A stretch of DNA of 64,000 bases from Bigelowiella natans CCMP2755 (taxonomy: Eukaryota > Protista > Cercozoa): NCBI GenBank assembly GCA_000320545.1, contig ADNK01000772.1, forward strand, positions 89,488 through 153,487, written 5' to 3'. The translations under genes were made by a program, and so were the position numbers. Under the pieces are notes generated by a model. It saw only the letters and a program-made list of their open reading frames with translations. It made no database searches and had not been told where the DNA came from. Shown here in pieces: positions 27,283 to 41,250 of the stretch (the first letter of the stretch is position 1; every line of letters begins with the position of its first letter).

Positions 27283-28088
27283 GTTAAGTGCCTATGAAGT
27301 TTACAAGAAACTAGTAGTGGTGGTGGTGGTGGTGATGAAGTAGTAGTAGTAGTAGAAGAAGAAGAAGAAGAAGAAGAAGAAGAAGAAGAAAGAGAAGGAG
27401 GTTTCAAGCAGATGTCACCACTACCTCTCGATCTTGCGCTGCGCGTTGTTTTTCAGCATCTAAAGAGAGAACGCTGATGACGCATGTTATCATTCCGAGG
27501 GCAAAGCACACGCCCTTGAGAATGCTTAAACGAGCCCAAAGCTGGTAGAGCGACATTCCTAGCACATGAATCACAGCAGTCATCATCATCGTCATCATCA
27601 TCTTCTTCTTCCTAATACTACAAGTACTCGCTACTACTACTACAACTACTACCTGAGACTACGACGAGGAGGGTGCGTGCTACTGTGTAGACAGGGACCA
27701 CCTGATAAAGTAAAATAAGTAAAAATATCAATACACAGAACCACCTGATAAAATAAATAAATGAAAATATCAATACACATATACATATATGTTATAGGCG
27801 TGTTAGGTATATGAGCATGCGTATATCATCAACTTCCCCCTCCTGCAACAAGATTCCATGGTGAACATTGAGACGTTTTTAAGTAACAACAACAACAACA
27901 ACAACAACAACAACTGTTTCCCTTCCTTCTCTCTCTTACCGTGAGCGAGTCATGACGCCGCAGCCCCTCATTGAGCGACGTAATCGTTAGTATTTGGAAT
28001 AAACCCCACCTGTACCGACGAGAACGCCCCACCGTGAGTACTCATACACACTTCTTATCGTTACTACCATTATTATTATAATTATCAT

Positions 28089-28120
<32 letters not shown>

Positions 28121-28889
28121 GAAGACTCACAAATATGAGGATAGAGACAACGAAAACGACAACAAATGCGCCAAGCCCAGGGTATTCCACGTATCATCGC
28201 CTTTAAACGATAGCTGTGATAACAAAGCTACCAACCTACCCCATCAAATATCCGTAAGGTCCAAAGTGCTCAAACTCGTCGGAATTGGATGGCGACGTGA
28301 TTGTAGTCTGCACTATCAGCAGTACCACTGTGGACAAGAAGATAATAAATATAAGAGAACTCATCGCTCTCATCAGCGAAAATGCATAAAAACACAGCAT
28401 CAGTCGTCAACCAGCCACCTTTGGAAAGCGTAATGGTGAGAGAGGCCATGCACGCACTGTAGATCGATCGGCGCCATTGCAGTATGAACAGAAGGGGGGG
28501 GGGGTCAGAAAGAGGAGGAAGACCAGATAAGGTTATAGATGATGAAAAGGAAAGCTCATTCCGCACATGCTACGTCCACTCCGATTCATAGCAAATACGA
28601 CGAGACCAAAGAAATAGTATCAAGTGTGATAACAAAAATCATGAGAAGAAGAAGAAGAAAAAGAAGAAGAAGAAGAAGAGAAGAAAAGGCGCCGGTAAGA
28701 ACGCAATAATAACATGTTACTACTTATAATACCACCTCATTAGGCCGAACATGATGCCAGGAGTATTGGATCTAAGATGCGACAGAGGGAAGAACAAAAT
28801 ACAAAAGAGGGAGGAGGACGACGAGGAGGAGGCAGCTCATGTATGTTCCCAAGCACATCATATCTTCACTCTATTTTCCACCAGAGACA

Positions 28890-28920
<31 letters not shown>

Positions 28921-30080
28921 TATTGCTCATCTGATCATTCGCAACATCAGCACTACAACCACCACTGCAAGCAGCAGCCTATTATTATTATTATTATTGT
29001 TATTATTATTTATTATGATCATCATTATCATAATTACACCTGCCATAGCCTGTCAGGGAGGGATAGTAGCTGCTCGCAACGATATACAGCAAAGATACGA
29101 AAGCGCAACCAATCTGATAGGTTTGACCATATACGAGTAGAAAGAGAAGGGAGAGCGGGATATGATACTACAATGATGAGCATGATATAATGTGTGTGTG
29201 TGTGTGTGTGTGTGTGTTGCAATTCGTAATTCATGATTCTCTCTTTGTCTTGTGTCATCATCATCATCATCATCCTCATGATGCCGCTGCTATTCACACG
29301 TGGTAGTATATCCCTCTCACCTGGAATGAGAACGCCAAAACAAACCTGATAAGGACAAGTGAGTAAGTGCGGCAGCGGGGGGATATATCGACGACTCAAT
29401 AGCAGGTTATGCTTGATGGATGTTGTGAGACAACGAGCGATCATCAGGATCTTGTGCATGTTGTATCCCATCATCATCATCATCATCTTCTTCTTCTTCT
29501 TCTTCTCTCTCACCCTATTTGTGTGATGAGTTGGCTAAGATGACCCACGTCATAAACTTGATTGGAGTCCAAGCTGCCATTAATACGGAGGGGGGGGGGA
29601 GGGGGAGAAGGAGGATATCGTACATAATGATGATGAAGTTGAGTCATTTGGTCGCTGTGTGCGTTGATCTTGCTCAACCACACCATTCGATGATACTATT
29701 GACGATTTTCCATCCTAGGGTCGGTTATTAATTAATGGCAAAACAACACTCTATCACCTCGGGGCCGAGATGAGGACAACGACCGTGCCCATCACCATGC
29801 AGGCAGTCCTTGGACAAACGTCGTGGGTCGCAAGAAGAAGAAAGAAGGAGTAGTAGAAGTAGTAGTAGAATATAGCAGAAGTAGCATAGTGAGCGATCAT
29901 CCTCACGATACTCAACTTGAGGAACAGAAGAAGCTATAGAAGGAGAAGGGTGACAACGATGATGAGTGCTATAATAAGAATAAGAACAAGAATAATAATA
30001 ATAATATAATAATAAAAATAATAATAGAGGAGAAGACGAGGAGGACAACTCTTCAGAGATGGGAGAGAGAATTCCTTCTC

Positions 30081-30128
<48 letters not shown>

Positions 30129-31918
30129 TGTGTGCGCGTGTATGTATGTATGTATGTGTGGGACCCCATCAGGTCGCTTCTCGTGAACTTTTCGTTGAAT
30201 AGAACATATGCGGAGAGCTTTGATGATACAGCATTGGACAAACGTTGGCAACGACAACGACGATGACGATGTAGGCAAGAATACGAAATCATGATTCTCG
30301 ATTGGTAAGTAAGCACATGAATGCATAAGCAACAATCAATGGACGAGGGGAGGAGCTGGCAGCGACAAAGACGGAAGGAGAGAGAGAGGTACTACGAGAA
30401 TCGGTGAGTGTTCCATCATCATCATCATCATCATCATCGTCATCGTCGTCTTCGCTGTGACATGATGGAATTTGTTGTATGCATTTGTATGCATTTGTAC
30501 GTATTGTTGTTGTATTACATCTTTTTACACGTCGAAACATGGGTGTTTTGTGGTTGTGTGTGTGTGTGTGCTTGATTTCAACTTTTGGAGAGCAAAAGCA
30601 CAATATACATGATACTAGTTAATATTACCGCATTGGCTACAAATGCGAAGTTGGAAGCAGTTGCCATAACCTTAGTGGGTGAGGAAGAATGACGAGGATG
30701 ATGAGGAGGAGGAGGAGGAAGGAGAGGGTGGTGGTGGTGATGGGATTTGGGGAACAAAACCGGTATAGATGATGACACCCCAGCTTGTCATTATTGCTAC
30801 TACTACTTCTACAACTACTAGCACTAGCACTAGTACTACCGTCTGCGTGCAAAAGTAGAGAGCCAACGATTCGAGAAGCTGACCAACTACGAACACCTTT
30901 AGTAGTATATGTCATCAAGGATGGAGATGGAAATGGAGATGGAGATGGAGGGAGAGGGAGAGGGGGAGGAGGAGAGGGAGAAACATGTGCTGCTGCTGCT
31001 GCCGGTGGTGGTGGTGGCGGTGATGACGTTGCAACCTCATCATCATTTTCACACTTGTCATTCTCAAAACATAGTAGCGTGGTAATCATCATCAGGTGAA
31101 TGAATGTAAGGTTTAAAATACTAGGTGTTATGTGTTGTTGTTACCAGGAAGGCGCCCCACCAGCAACCTTTACCCGAAGCACAGGGTAAAGACTTCCACA
31201 CCTCTGTTAGTTCCTGCATGAAGGGGGGGGGGCAGAAAGAATGGTGGAATTGTTGTTACAATGAAGCTGCAATAGAGAGGAGGTGACTGAGAGTTGTAGG
31301 AGGCAGAGGCAACACTATTCAAGGACTTGCATCTGCCTATCAATCGGTACATTTGAATGAGGTGGATCGCTGCCAGATGAGGGAGCTGCCATCTCGCCTT
31401 CTTCCGTGTTTCTCTAATAGGACAAGCATGCTTTTATTTCAATGAAGAAGAAATTGTGTTGCGGAAGTGGTGAAAGCTAACCTGTGAAGAAGATGTTGCG
31501 GGCGACGACGAGAGTTTCATCAGATTCAATCCTGAGAAAAACAACGAACATGACACTCCTTTCAGACTACAGCTTCCACTTCACCCCAAGCAAGTCTAGC
31601 AGCAGCGTAGGTAACGACAACAACTCAAGAACATGATGTTCGATGATCGGCAGTCAGCAATTATTCACACATATCAGCTCCATACGAAGAGAAGCATCAT
31701 CATCTATGTATTTATTTATGAATTGGTCCATGAACCAGTCAAAAAGGCAACTCGACTGTTCGTTGTTGGCATCAATGTCTATTACTACTACAACTACTAC
31801 AACTACCACTACTGCTACTGCTACTACTACTGCTACTACTACTACTACTACTACCTAGTGTAGTAACGGAGGTGCCTAGGAGCTCAATGAGAACCCCTAT
31901 CGCTTGATTGGGATCCAT
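26848..31918 (-). CDS. NIPA/DUF803 magnesium-transporter family protein, many short exons; ends approximate
   Basis: Exons MDPNQAIGVLIELLGTSVTTL|GLNLMKLS, WWGAFL|VFVVGQLLESLAL, AYVLFNEKFTRSDLMG|TACMVMGTVVVLISAP, SLNEGLRRHDSLT|VVPVYTV match NIPA motifs. Confidence 0.8.
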
Positions 31919-32877
31919 CGGTCGTCCTGGGAGGGGGAAGGGGAGGAGGGGGGACCCTCTCCAGGGATACTGCTGGTGGTGCTGGTGGTTCTGGACAAGG
32001 TGGATCTCCTCCTTGTCCTCCTCCTCCTCCTCCTCCTCCTCCTCCTCCTCCTCCTCCTACTGGGTGTAGGGTAGAGGAATAACTCTTCTGCTCGCACAGG
32101 GGCTTACAATCCCGATGACGAAGACAGGAGGGTAAGACCTACCGAAGCATTTCTCAGACCGGACTTAAAAAATGCCCAGTTTATATAATGTACGACAACC
32201 TTATTTTACTGTTTATCACCAAAATAGCCTTGTTTTGTCATGCCGGGAAAATATCTGAGCAGAGCCTCTCGGCACATCTCGATGGAGCAGGACATACTGC
32301 GTGGAAGGAGGGAGGCCACGGCCGATGATGCTGATGACTGTGGCCGTCGCATCGTCTGCTTCGCCATCTGTCTCTACCTCAACGGTCGCACCTTGGCTGT
32401 GAAGAGGGATCATCATCATCATCATCATCATTATCATCATCTTCTTCTTCTTGGCCAACTGGGGAGCGTCTTGTAGTCTCTCTGGTGCTATTCTCATGAA
32501 GGCTGCTTTAACGGAGGCCTTGAATAAACAAGCAACGGGTCATTAAAGTTGCACATATGCATTAAGTAGTACATGGGGAAGTATCTCGCGCCAGAAATTG
32601 ACGACCCCTCCATCTGTAGGCAAGGTAAGAACAATCATTTTGATGTTGTAATGCTTATTTGAAAGAAGAAGAAAAAGATGGTGGAGATGGTTGAGAATGA
32701 TAGGCAGTGATGATTGGTTTTCCCATTCGGAACCCTAAAAATGACTCAGTCGTTTTGAGGACTACTTTTCTTCCGCCGTTTCTGAGCCTATTACGTTAAC
32801 AACTCTTCCTCCATCTCCAAGAGGACCACCAACACCCGATCCTATCCTGTCCTATACAGGGAAACACATGATGCATC

Positions 32878-32915
<38 letters not shown>

Positions 32916-33729
32916 CAAATTTTCGGACTTGCTTCTCTTCTCATTCATCGGGAAATTTTGCAGGCCTGGCTCGTCGAGCAGGGGTCGTTATTATGATGCC
33001 ACAAAGCAGCAAGGTCTGCATCTTCAATCAATGTAATAATGTTGGCACACTCATTTGACCATCTCAAAGCGCACAAATAGCCCCACAAACACACAATTAC
33101 TCCTACACGTGCTGATATTTCTGTCTAATTCGTAGCACGTGGTAGGGCAACATCTTCTCCTTCCTGCTGTGTTACTACTATGGTGAGTCGATCAGAGGAA
33201 GAATGGATGGTGACTAAGCTATATACCAACATTTCACGTATAGCTGAAAGTAGAAATGCCAAAGGAGGGTATTATAGAGACAAAAGTTATCTATGTGATA
33301 TCATATCTCTAGAGGATGCTAGACTTTCCTCATGTCAAAGTTTCATCATCACACGCGGCATCATTGCACAAATTACTATTTGTTGGGGGGGGAATTAACA
33401 ATTTGTACACTTGGCGCTTTATATCGGTTAGTGTTGTGATCGTCAGTTGTTTCGCGCTGCTGCCTGAGCATGTGTGTGCAGTGCGCATCTGAGGTGTACA
33501 TGCATGCAACTACATTATTTGTGCTCCAGCATATAGCACAACGACGCATCGTTGCATGCTAGCATGTAAGTATATGTGTACACAAAGCCCTATCATTTGG
33601 CACATGTGTAGCTATAGGTACATGTGAAGTAGGTGATACACATGTCGTAGACGGCTTACACGTATAGGGACATAAATGTCCATATAGTGCATACATATTG
33701 TGACAATATCAGAGATATTGCATGCAGCT

Positions 33730-33798
33730 TTGCACAGCTACGTTAGGAGGATGATTATGATATTTGTTAACTGATGAAACTCATTACATCCGTCTCAT
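33730..33798 (+). repeat. ~62-bp dispersed repeat copy (left arm of inverted pair)
   Basis: ttgcacagctacgttaggaggatga...tcattacatccgtctcat. Confidence 0.75.
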
Positions 33799-34393
33799 GC
33801 AAATGATTTGATGAGCGTTGCATCGTGACATGATGAGTGATTGCACTGTGGTGCTGTCTAGCTGTGGGCATTATTGCAACGTAGATTGTGAATTTCTAGA
33901 CTCATTGCTAGATGACGTACCTGTGCAGTTCGTTTGTTGAAATTTTGTGAATGCAAGCGCAAGTGCAATGAACATCACTTGCATTGTCGTGCATGTGGAT
34001 GTGCATGCGCACACGTGCAATTACACGTGTGCTGCTGCCTTGCACAAATTGTTTTGTTCAGTCGTTGCCACAAGCTGCACGTGCACGTAGTTGCTGACGG
34101 ACAACTTGTCAACGAAGCGTAGCCATGGCAGATGCTTGAGCTACACGACGCACAATTTGACAGACGGACACAATGAAATGATCACAATTTCATGAAATCC
34201 TCATCCTAACGAAGCTTAGCAAAGCGGCGGATGGATGCAGCGCTAAGACACTACATGCTACATGCGAAGAAATGTTGGGACTATAAGCATGCTGCAGCGG
34301 TGTGACTATGAGCATCGACACAGATGCCAATTGATGCATAGCTGTGTGTGTAGCTAGCATTATGTGCATGCATGCATGCACACAGCTATATAT

Positions 34394-34454
34394 ATAAGAC
34401 GAATGTAATGAAGTGATAAAAAATTTCAACTGTCATCCTTATGTAGCTGTGCAA
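34394..34454 (-). repeat. ~62-bp dispersed repeat copy (right arm of inverted pair)
   Basis: Reverse complement reads ttgcacagctacataaggatgacagttgaaattttttatcacttcattacattcgtcttat. Confidence 0.8.
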
Positions 34455-34476
34455 TGCTATGGCTAGGGATTATGTT

Positions 34477-34509
34477 GTATCTATTTAATTCCATTATGAA
34501 GTCTTTCAT

Positions 34510-34551
<42 letters not shown>

Positions 34552-34583
34552 CGTATCTATTTATTTCCATTATGAAGTCTTTC

Positions 34584-34620
<37 letters not shown>
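34477..34620. repeat. Local tandem duplication, ~75-bp unit ending in (TA)n
   Basis: tatctattta(a/t)ttccattatgaagtctttcattatata... occurs twice (34477 and 34554). Confidence 0.85.
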
Positions 34621-35316
34621 CTACGACAATCGTGCAGGTAAAGTATGCTTCAAACGTAAACTAATTCCTAGATATCTTTCGCCTTTCGTAATGCACAAAA
34701 TTGCATCAGTCGAAGTGATGTTGTATGTATTCTGCTCCCCACTAATCTGGATTATCGTCCTGCGTATCGAGATTGCTTTGTTGCTTGTATAAACTTGACC
34801 CCTTTTTCCAAGAACAAACAATCACATTCAAATCAAATACATTTAGGTGTTTCCTTTTTCGCGTATCAATACTCAAAACCGAATTAAAAAATTTTCCCTC
34901 CGCAATGTATCAGTTACTTTTTGAACTATTTGCCCTCTCGACAAGTTCCTTCTATAGAAAGCTATGATAATCAAACGACGATGCGTTGTTCGGGGAGGGA
35001 GGAAGGGAGATCCCTTGGCGGAAAAAAAGCGGTTATTATTCATCCGTCAGCATGCCGCAGATATTTTGTCTATCTCGTAATACTACTCTTCACTGTATGA
35101 TACTACTTCTCCTCCTACTATTACTACTATTACTACTACTACTACTACTACTTACTACTACTGCTACTACCATTCGAGAGAGCTGTCGCGTGATCAGGTT
35201 GATGGGGTCCCTGGCTTGTTTCTTTTGTGTCGCAGCAGCAGGGGTACCGGGTTTGCTACCTCCTGTTGAAGACTTTTCCTCAATATTCGTAATCTGTACC
35301 TGCACCTCCTGATCAC

Positions 35317-35354
<38 letters not shown>

Positions 35355-35720
35355 CCTGCAAATGATTCAGGAAAACATGGAAATGCATGAGACGCACAAA
35401 ACGGACACATCCTCATATCATCGTATACTCTTCAATGCAAAAAAGGATTATGAATAGTCTCGAGGCGTCATCCTTCCTCCGGGGTGGATCGAAGGAACCA
35501 ACCATAGCAAGAAGAGAGAGGGTGACTATGTGCGAGCAGGTTGTGTCAGATTCCCCCCCAACCCTCCGCCCTCCCCCCTTTGGACACCATCAAAAGTATG
35601 TAGAATCCTCTCAATACAGTAATTAATGTGTGTTTGTGTGTGTGTGTGTGTAGGCATGTGTAACCTGTGTTTGTGGAATTATATAATTATGAGAAGGACG
35701 GGGGGGGAGGAGGAGAGAAA

Positions 35721-35819
<99 letters not shown>

Positions 35820-36362
35820 TGGATGGGGAAAGCTCCAAATCAAAGACGACCAGACGCTTTCGATATGGTTGGATAAAAGAAGCACTTTTTCATCTTGTTA
35901 CCTTGTGGAGATGCACGAATAACACTAGCGCTAGCACCAGCGAACATATCACAGCAGCTACAGATGCTATCATAGCAGCAACCGATGCTCTCACAGCAGC
36001 AGCTAAATTCGAAGCCGCTTGCGGCGAATATTAGGAAAGTTGAAACCTGCATATGATAGTATAGCAGTATACACCAGAAAGGTAAATCGGGTATAATAAT
36101 GAGGACAACGCGCTCACAGTTGCAAATACTGATTAAAAGGTGGTCAAAGGCAAATGCAGTCGGTGTGTTTTTGCTTGTAGTTAAATCACGATTTGTAGGA
36201 GACGCTGCACCGCAACGAGATGACCTATAATATAGTAGCACTCTAGCTGATGATGGATGAAAAATACTTACCGACGCTACGATTGCGTGCACAGCTATGA
36301 TATAAGGCATGCAATGCCATGGCTCAGGGCTTATTTGAACAATTTCATCTGATAGGAATATC

Positions 36363-36401
<39 letters not shown>

Positions 36402-36736
36402 TTGTGTGTGGGGTGAATACATAATATACATAATGGGAGAAGCGCAAGAAACTTTTCCTTTATCAGTACACTCGCATTTCCAACGTGAGGTGTGCTCCTC
36501 GAAAGTACTGTAAATTACCTCCTCGCTGGAAGCTTGATGGCACTTTGGAGTAGAAGACAGCCTTGGTGTATATGACGACGACGAAGAGCAAAATCAAGAC
36601 AAGGACAGGGAATAAGTAACGTCAGCAGCCGCACAAGTATTGCCCTTAAGCTTTCTCGCTTGCAGCGACATCTTACTTATCCCTCGTCTCCTAGCGCTCT
36701 ACCACCCCACACACCCTTCCCATATCTCTCCCCAGT

Positions 36737-36777
<41 letters not shown>

Positions 36778-37815
36778 AACATGGGGAGGACGAAGTAGTC
36801 GTTGGGTTCTCCAAACACCTCGATTGTTCACGTTTGCCACAAAAGTCATCGTCCCTCCTCCCCCCCCCCCCCTCTACTCCTCCTCCTCCTCCTCCTCCTT
36901 CAGGCCAAAAATTGACCTCGTTGATGAGCATGCAGTAGTTCGAAATAAAGGAAAGCGCCGCCAATATGAAGAAGACAAATTCACAATCATCCTGTCGATG
37001 TAAAACTTTTAGTTGTAAGTTAAAAAAAAAAGGGAAAAGGTTATGTAGGTGTGTATATACACATATATGCATCTTTCATGTATTATCTGCACAATCGTTT
37101 TGCAGATCAACAAAAATCTTGTATCACTTCGTGTTTATATAAGTGTTCCATAACTACCACCACCACCACTGCTACTACTACTACTACTACTGCTAACTAC
37201 CGCGTCCCGTCCCCTAGTGACTCCCAGTACGAATAAAGGGACAGGAAGCACAATCACAGCCTGTTTTAGGTAGTAGCAAGCGTAATGTGTGCATTTGCAA
37301 GTGTGACAAGGCGAGACGACGAGGAGAGAAAACTGATGGTGACACCATCCATGATCACATGTGTATTTTCGGTAGCAGCCGATGCGGCATTCCTCCTTCC
37401 TCTTCTCTCCTCTCCCGTTTTTGTCTTATGCGTACACACTCTTAACCCCCAGCTCTCACACCAGGAGACACGTGAAGCAACATCTCTCGATGCAGTAGCC
37501 TACACGTGAGGATGGTGGGCCGTGAAGGCGGCCAACAACTATTTAGGGTGTTGGTTTGTTTGTACTCTTCTTCAGTACCCACGCAACTTGATTGCCGTAC
37601 AATGCTGTGTCTTTGAACAAATCAGGCACCTGATGATAGGAGGAAGGTTGCGATTATGCTGGTTGTCCAGATCATTGTTTTGTTCCAACGTTGGAAGAGG
37701 TACTGCCAGCAATCATTTCCCTGCTGCTGCTACTGCTACTATTACTGACAGAGCATTGTTGCCTTGAATAAATTTCAACCCAATGCGTCTCTCTTAGAAT
37801 TCGGCACAATCCATT

Positions 37816-37887
<72 letters not shown>

Positions 37888-38330
37888 GTTTTTGTGTGTG
37901 TATTTTAACTTAACGCATTAAACATGTAGTTAGCATGCGTTTATATGTTCACAAAAAAGGCACTCGAATTGCTGATAAATTTATGCACGCATAGATACAA
38001 ATCCTTACTAGCAGATCATGTATAATTATATCATCACCCCATCTCCATTGAAGGAATATGGCGTGGCGGCAATAATGAGCCATCCCATAATACCTACGTT
38101 TAGAGTCGCGTTCTTGAAATAAGTACTGAAAATGATAAAGACACAGCGCATACTTGTTTGTTTTATCGTCTCTTGTCACTACGGTGCAAATCGCAGCCGT
38201 TTCTTTGCGTTTTGTGATAGTTTTAGGCAGAAAATAGTTTCTTCTTTTGCGAAATTAATATCCAGTGAGTAAGATAGTACCAGCTGCACCAGAGATAACA
38301 GTCATAGCCATCTGATATGACGAGATTCGA

Positions 38331-38372
<42 letters not shown>

Positions 38373-39262
38373 TGGAGCGTGCGTATCCTCTACACCAAAC
38401 TGTTTGCAAAATAAGAAGAACACTTCAAAAGATTCCTGCTGCAAACATGTGTCATCATATAGTATCGTTCGCTTAGAAGCTCGTTAAGGCTAGAGAGGGG
38501 AAGGTGGGCAGGATGTATCACCCAGGTTAAAGCTGCTATTCCTTCCAAATTGTCACCCTTTAAGGCCCACAAGGTTCCCATTACAGCAACGATGCAGAGT
38601 GTGATCAAAAGGCCTACAATTTTTTGTTCGTTCACCAGAACAGCTGTCACTACTTCTTCTTTTTTTACAGAAGAATCCTACGAATGTATTCTTGGGGATT
38701 CTACAACGAAACTACGTCGAGTTCAGAGAAATATATCTCGACGCCATGCCATAGCGCCGTTAATATAACATATATGACAGCACAAATCAATTGGAGACTA
38801 ATAAGCCAAACACCATGTCGCCCCGCTACTAACCCAAAGACAGTTTGCCGAAACACATGGTAGATGATAGATGCATTGCAGCTATTCAAGAGGAAGGGCG
38901 TTCTATCATCTGGTCGGAGTTGCTGTCTCGTTTCTTTGGAGCTGAGATAATCCCCCCACATATGTATATGCACAAGGTGTTTGTGTGTGTTTGTGTTGAG
39001 TTGGTGGATACCGTATCCTGAGGCTTTAGCTTGCTTCTTACTCAACGCATATCTGAGATCAATTAATTGTCGTTTCAGAGGGGGAAACTCAATGCACACA
39101 TAACAAAAACCAATCTGATTTTATTTGCTATTATCAGTTTAAAGTATCAATTATATGGCTTGTGACTTACGTTGCGGATGGGTCAATATGGACACAAACT
39201 TTGGATCCAGGTGCCGCCGACCCTGAAGAAGATTAAGCATAATCAAAACTTGCATTATATCA

Positions 39263-39343
<81 letters not shown>

Positions 39344-39925
39344 ATAAGGAATTCCCTCTGATCTACAAATATATTCGCAACAACTTCCTGAATTTACCGG
39401 GAAGAAATGTGTATGACTCATAGGTTTTGTCGCTTTGTCTGCCACTGCCCTTGATCGTGGTTTTGCAACGGTTGCAAGACGACTGATTGTTTAGCGTAAG
39501 TTATATTATGAAATTTATCACGTAAATTCTTCTGTCATATGATGTCTCTTAATTGGTAGTTGGTAGTGAGTTGTTGCGTTGATCGTGGACAAGTTGCAGA
39601 CGTTCTTTCCAAACTACATACAACACAACAAGCATAAAGCACCTGGTTGTATTGATCCTGCCAGTGGTCTCTGGGACAGGGTGGACATGTAAACGACGAA
39701 GTTTGATTCACGCCATCAGTAACCTGGAGATATGACCCTGCCCACATGTGTGACACAAATCAAAATGTGGTCAATGGTTGTTATTACCGCTACTATTTTG
39801 ATTTCTCTTACGCTTTTCCTCGTACCTGGAGGGCAACCAGTTGCAGTAGAGTAGTTAAAGCTTATGCCACGTGCAAACGGAACCCCCAGTGCAAGGAGGG
39901 CGAACATCCAGGTAGAAATCATCAC
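34621..39925 (-). CDS. Receptor-like membrane protein with signal peptide, short Cys-rich ectodomain and multiple TM segments; 3' end uncertain
   Basis: MMISTWMFALLALGVPFARG signal, CPPG...CPPCPRDHWQDQYNQ...C, hydrophobic exons (IVGLLITLCIVAVMGTLWAL; VGIMGWLIIAAT; FVFFILAALSFISNY). Confidence 0.5.
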
Positions 39926-40029
39926 GTTCTGGTGATGGAACTCAGATCAGAGGGGGCCGGATTTTGCGTTACAGCAGCGTTACGAGTAATAAATCTACTA
40001 TTTCTAGCAAAATGTTCACGAATCCTGGA

Positions 40030-41250
40030 TGGCACGGGTGATGATGGCAGGTGCGACAAGAAACAAAGTGTGATGGATGCCAAGTGCGACAAGGAACAAT
40101 GTGCGTCTTCCTACCTACATGGCAAGTGCGACAAGAAGTCATGCTTGTCTTCCAACCCATTTCTCCCAGCAGCCCCACTGCTCTCTTCCTGTCTCCGCGT
40201 CGTCGTTGTTGACACACAAGCACCCTCATTGTTCTCCGCCGGCATCAGAGCAGCTCTCGGCCCTGCATCTCCTGCTTGCTCTTCATTTTTTGATGCCCCT
40301 GACTCTGTCAAGACCAGAGTCTTGCTCGGCGCCCCCTCGGTTGTCCCCAACGTTGATCTCCGTGTGGACGTGGCTGTCAGGAAGTTCCTGCTCAGGATGC
40401 TTTGCGTCGTCGTCACTTGGCTGCTGGTTGTGATGCGTTCAATGTTCAGTTCGTGCCAATTTGCATGAACCCCGTGCAGTTTGCTAGTCAGTCCTCACTG
40501 AAACCAGTTCGAGGCATTGCATTTTCGCACATTGCAAGTGTCTTGTCACACTTTGGAAACGCAGTTTTTCGTCGTTGTTCGTTGTTCATTGTTCATTGCT
40601 CATTTCTTTGCACTGCATTTCACACATACTGCAAGTGTCTTGTCACACTTTGGAAATGTTGTTTTTCATCATTGTTCTCATTGTTCTTTCCTCTCACTCT
40701 CTCACCCCTCCAACTCGATTCACCTTTCAAGCCTGGCCATGACTCTCAACTGATTCGATGCTGCTCGTCCGATGAGCACCAATTTCGGACTCAGCGATCA
40801 CTCCCAGTCTCAACCGGCTGCTGCCAGTTGGCACTAGCCAGTTTTCACAACCACCACCTTTGCACCAGTGCTCAGTTCACACAACGTTCAATGTTCGTTC
40901 ACGATGTTGAATCTCGAGTGATCACCTATGAGACATGCAGCTTTGTTCTCTGGGAGGTTTGTTCGGGCACGTGGAAATGAAATCGACGTTGCATGACTTC
41001 ATGCATGCAGTTTGCACAGCAGAGATCACCTTCATGGTGTCCAGTCGCGCAAGCGAAGCCTGCTAGCCTGATCACGGGCGCAGCTTCTGAGTGCTTTGGC
41101 ACGCCGAGTTTGTCTGAGTCGCGGTGCTTCTGACATCATTTGCACCCCTCGCATCTCATGTTTGCAAGCTTTGTTCTTGATTTGCTACATGCCAGCATGT
41201 CGCCTTAAGTGTGTCTAGACGTTCAATGTTTTCGCAGCTGCGTGCATGCA
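40030..41250. mobile_element. Unclassified repeat block (TpA-depleted) with internal short direct repeats; 40277-40690 is paralogous to 49592-49920
   Basis: High-identity match to 49592 onward (tgctcttcattttttgatgcccctgactctgtcaagaccagag...); 3x (g)caagtgcgacaag-like units at 40047-40135; 2x tgcaagtgtcttgtcacactttggaaa at 40533 and 40630. Confidence 0.7.

Noticed and set aside
32200-33400. Possible extra gene or upstream NIPA exons
   Set aside because: No consistent spliced frame or recognisable motif could be assembled by eye.
9300-39400. Many short ORFs with poly-E/R/S/L/Y/CV/HT runs
   Set aside because: Translations of intronic microsatellites.
40047-40135. Three spaced GCAAGTGCGACAAG-like units as a CRISPR-like array
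   Set aside because: Too short and degenerate, irregular spacing, eukaryotic context and no cas genes; internal TE repeats are more likely.
39746-40980. 240-aa and 192-aa plus-strand ORFs and overlapping ORFs
   Set aside because: Same stop-codon depletion inside a repeat block; no recognisable domains.
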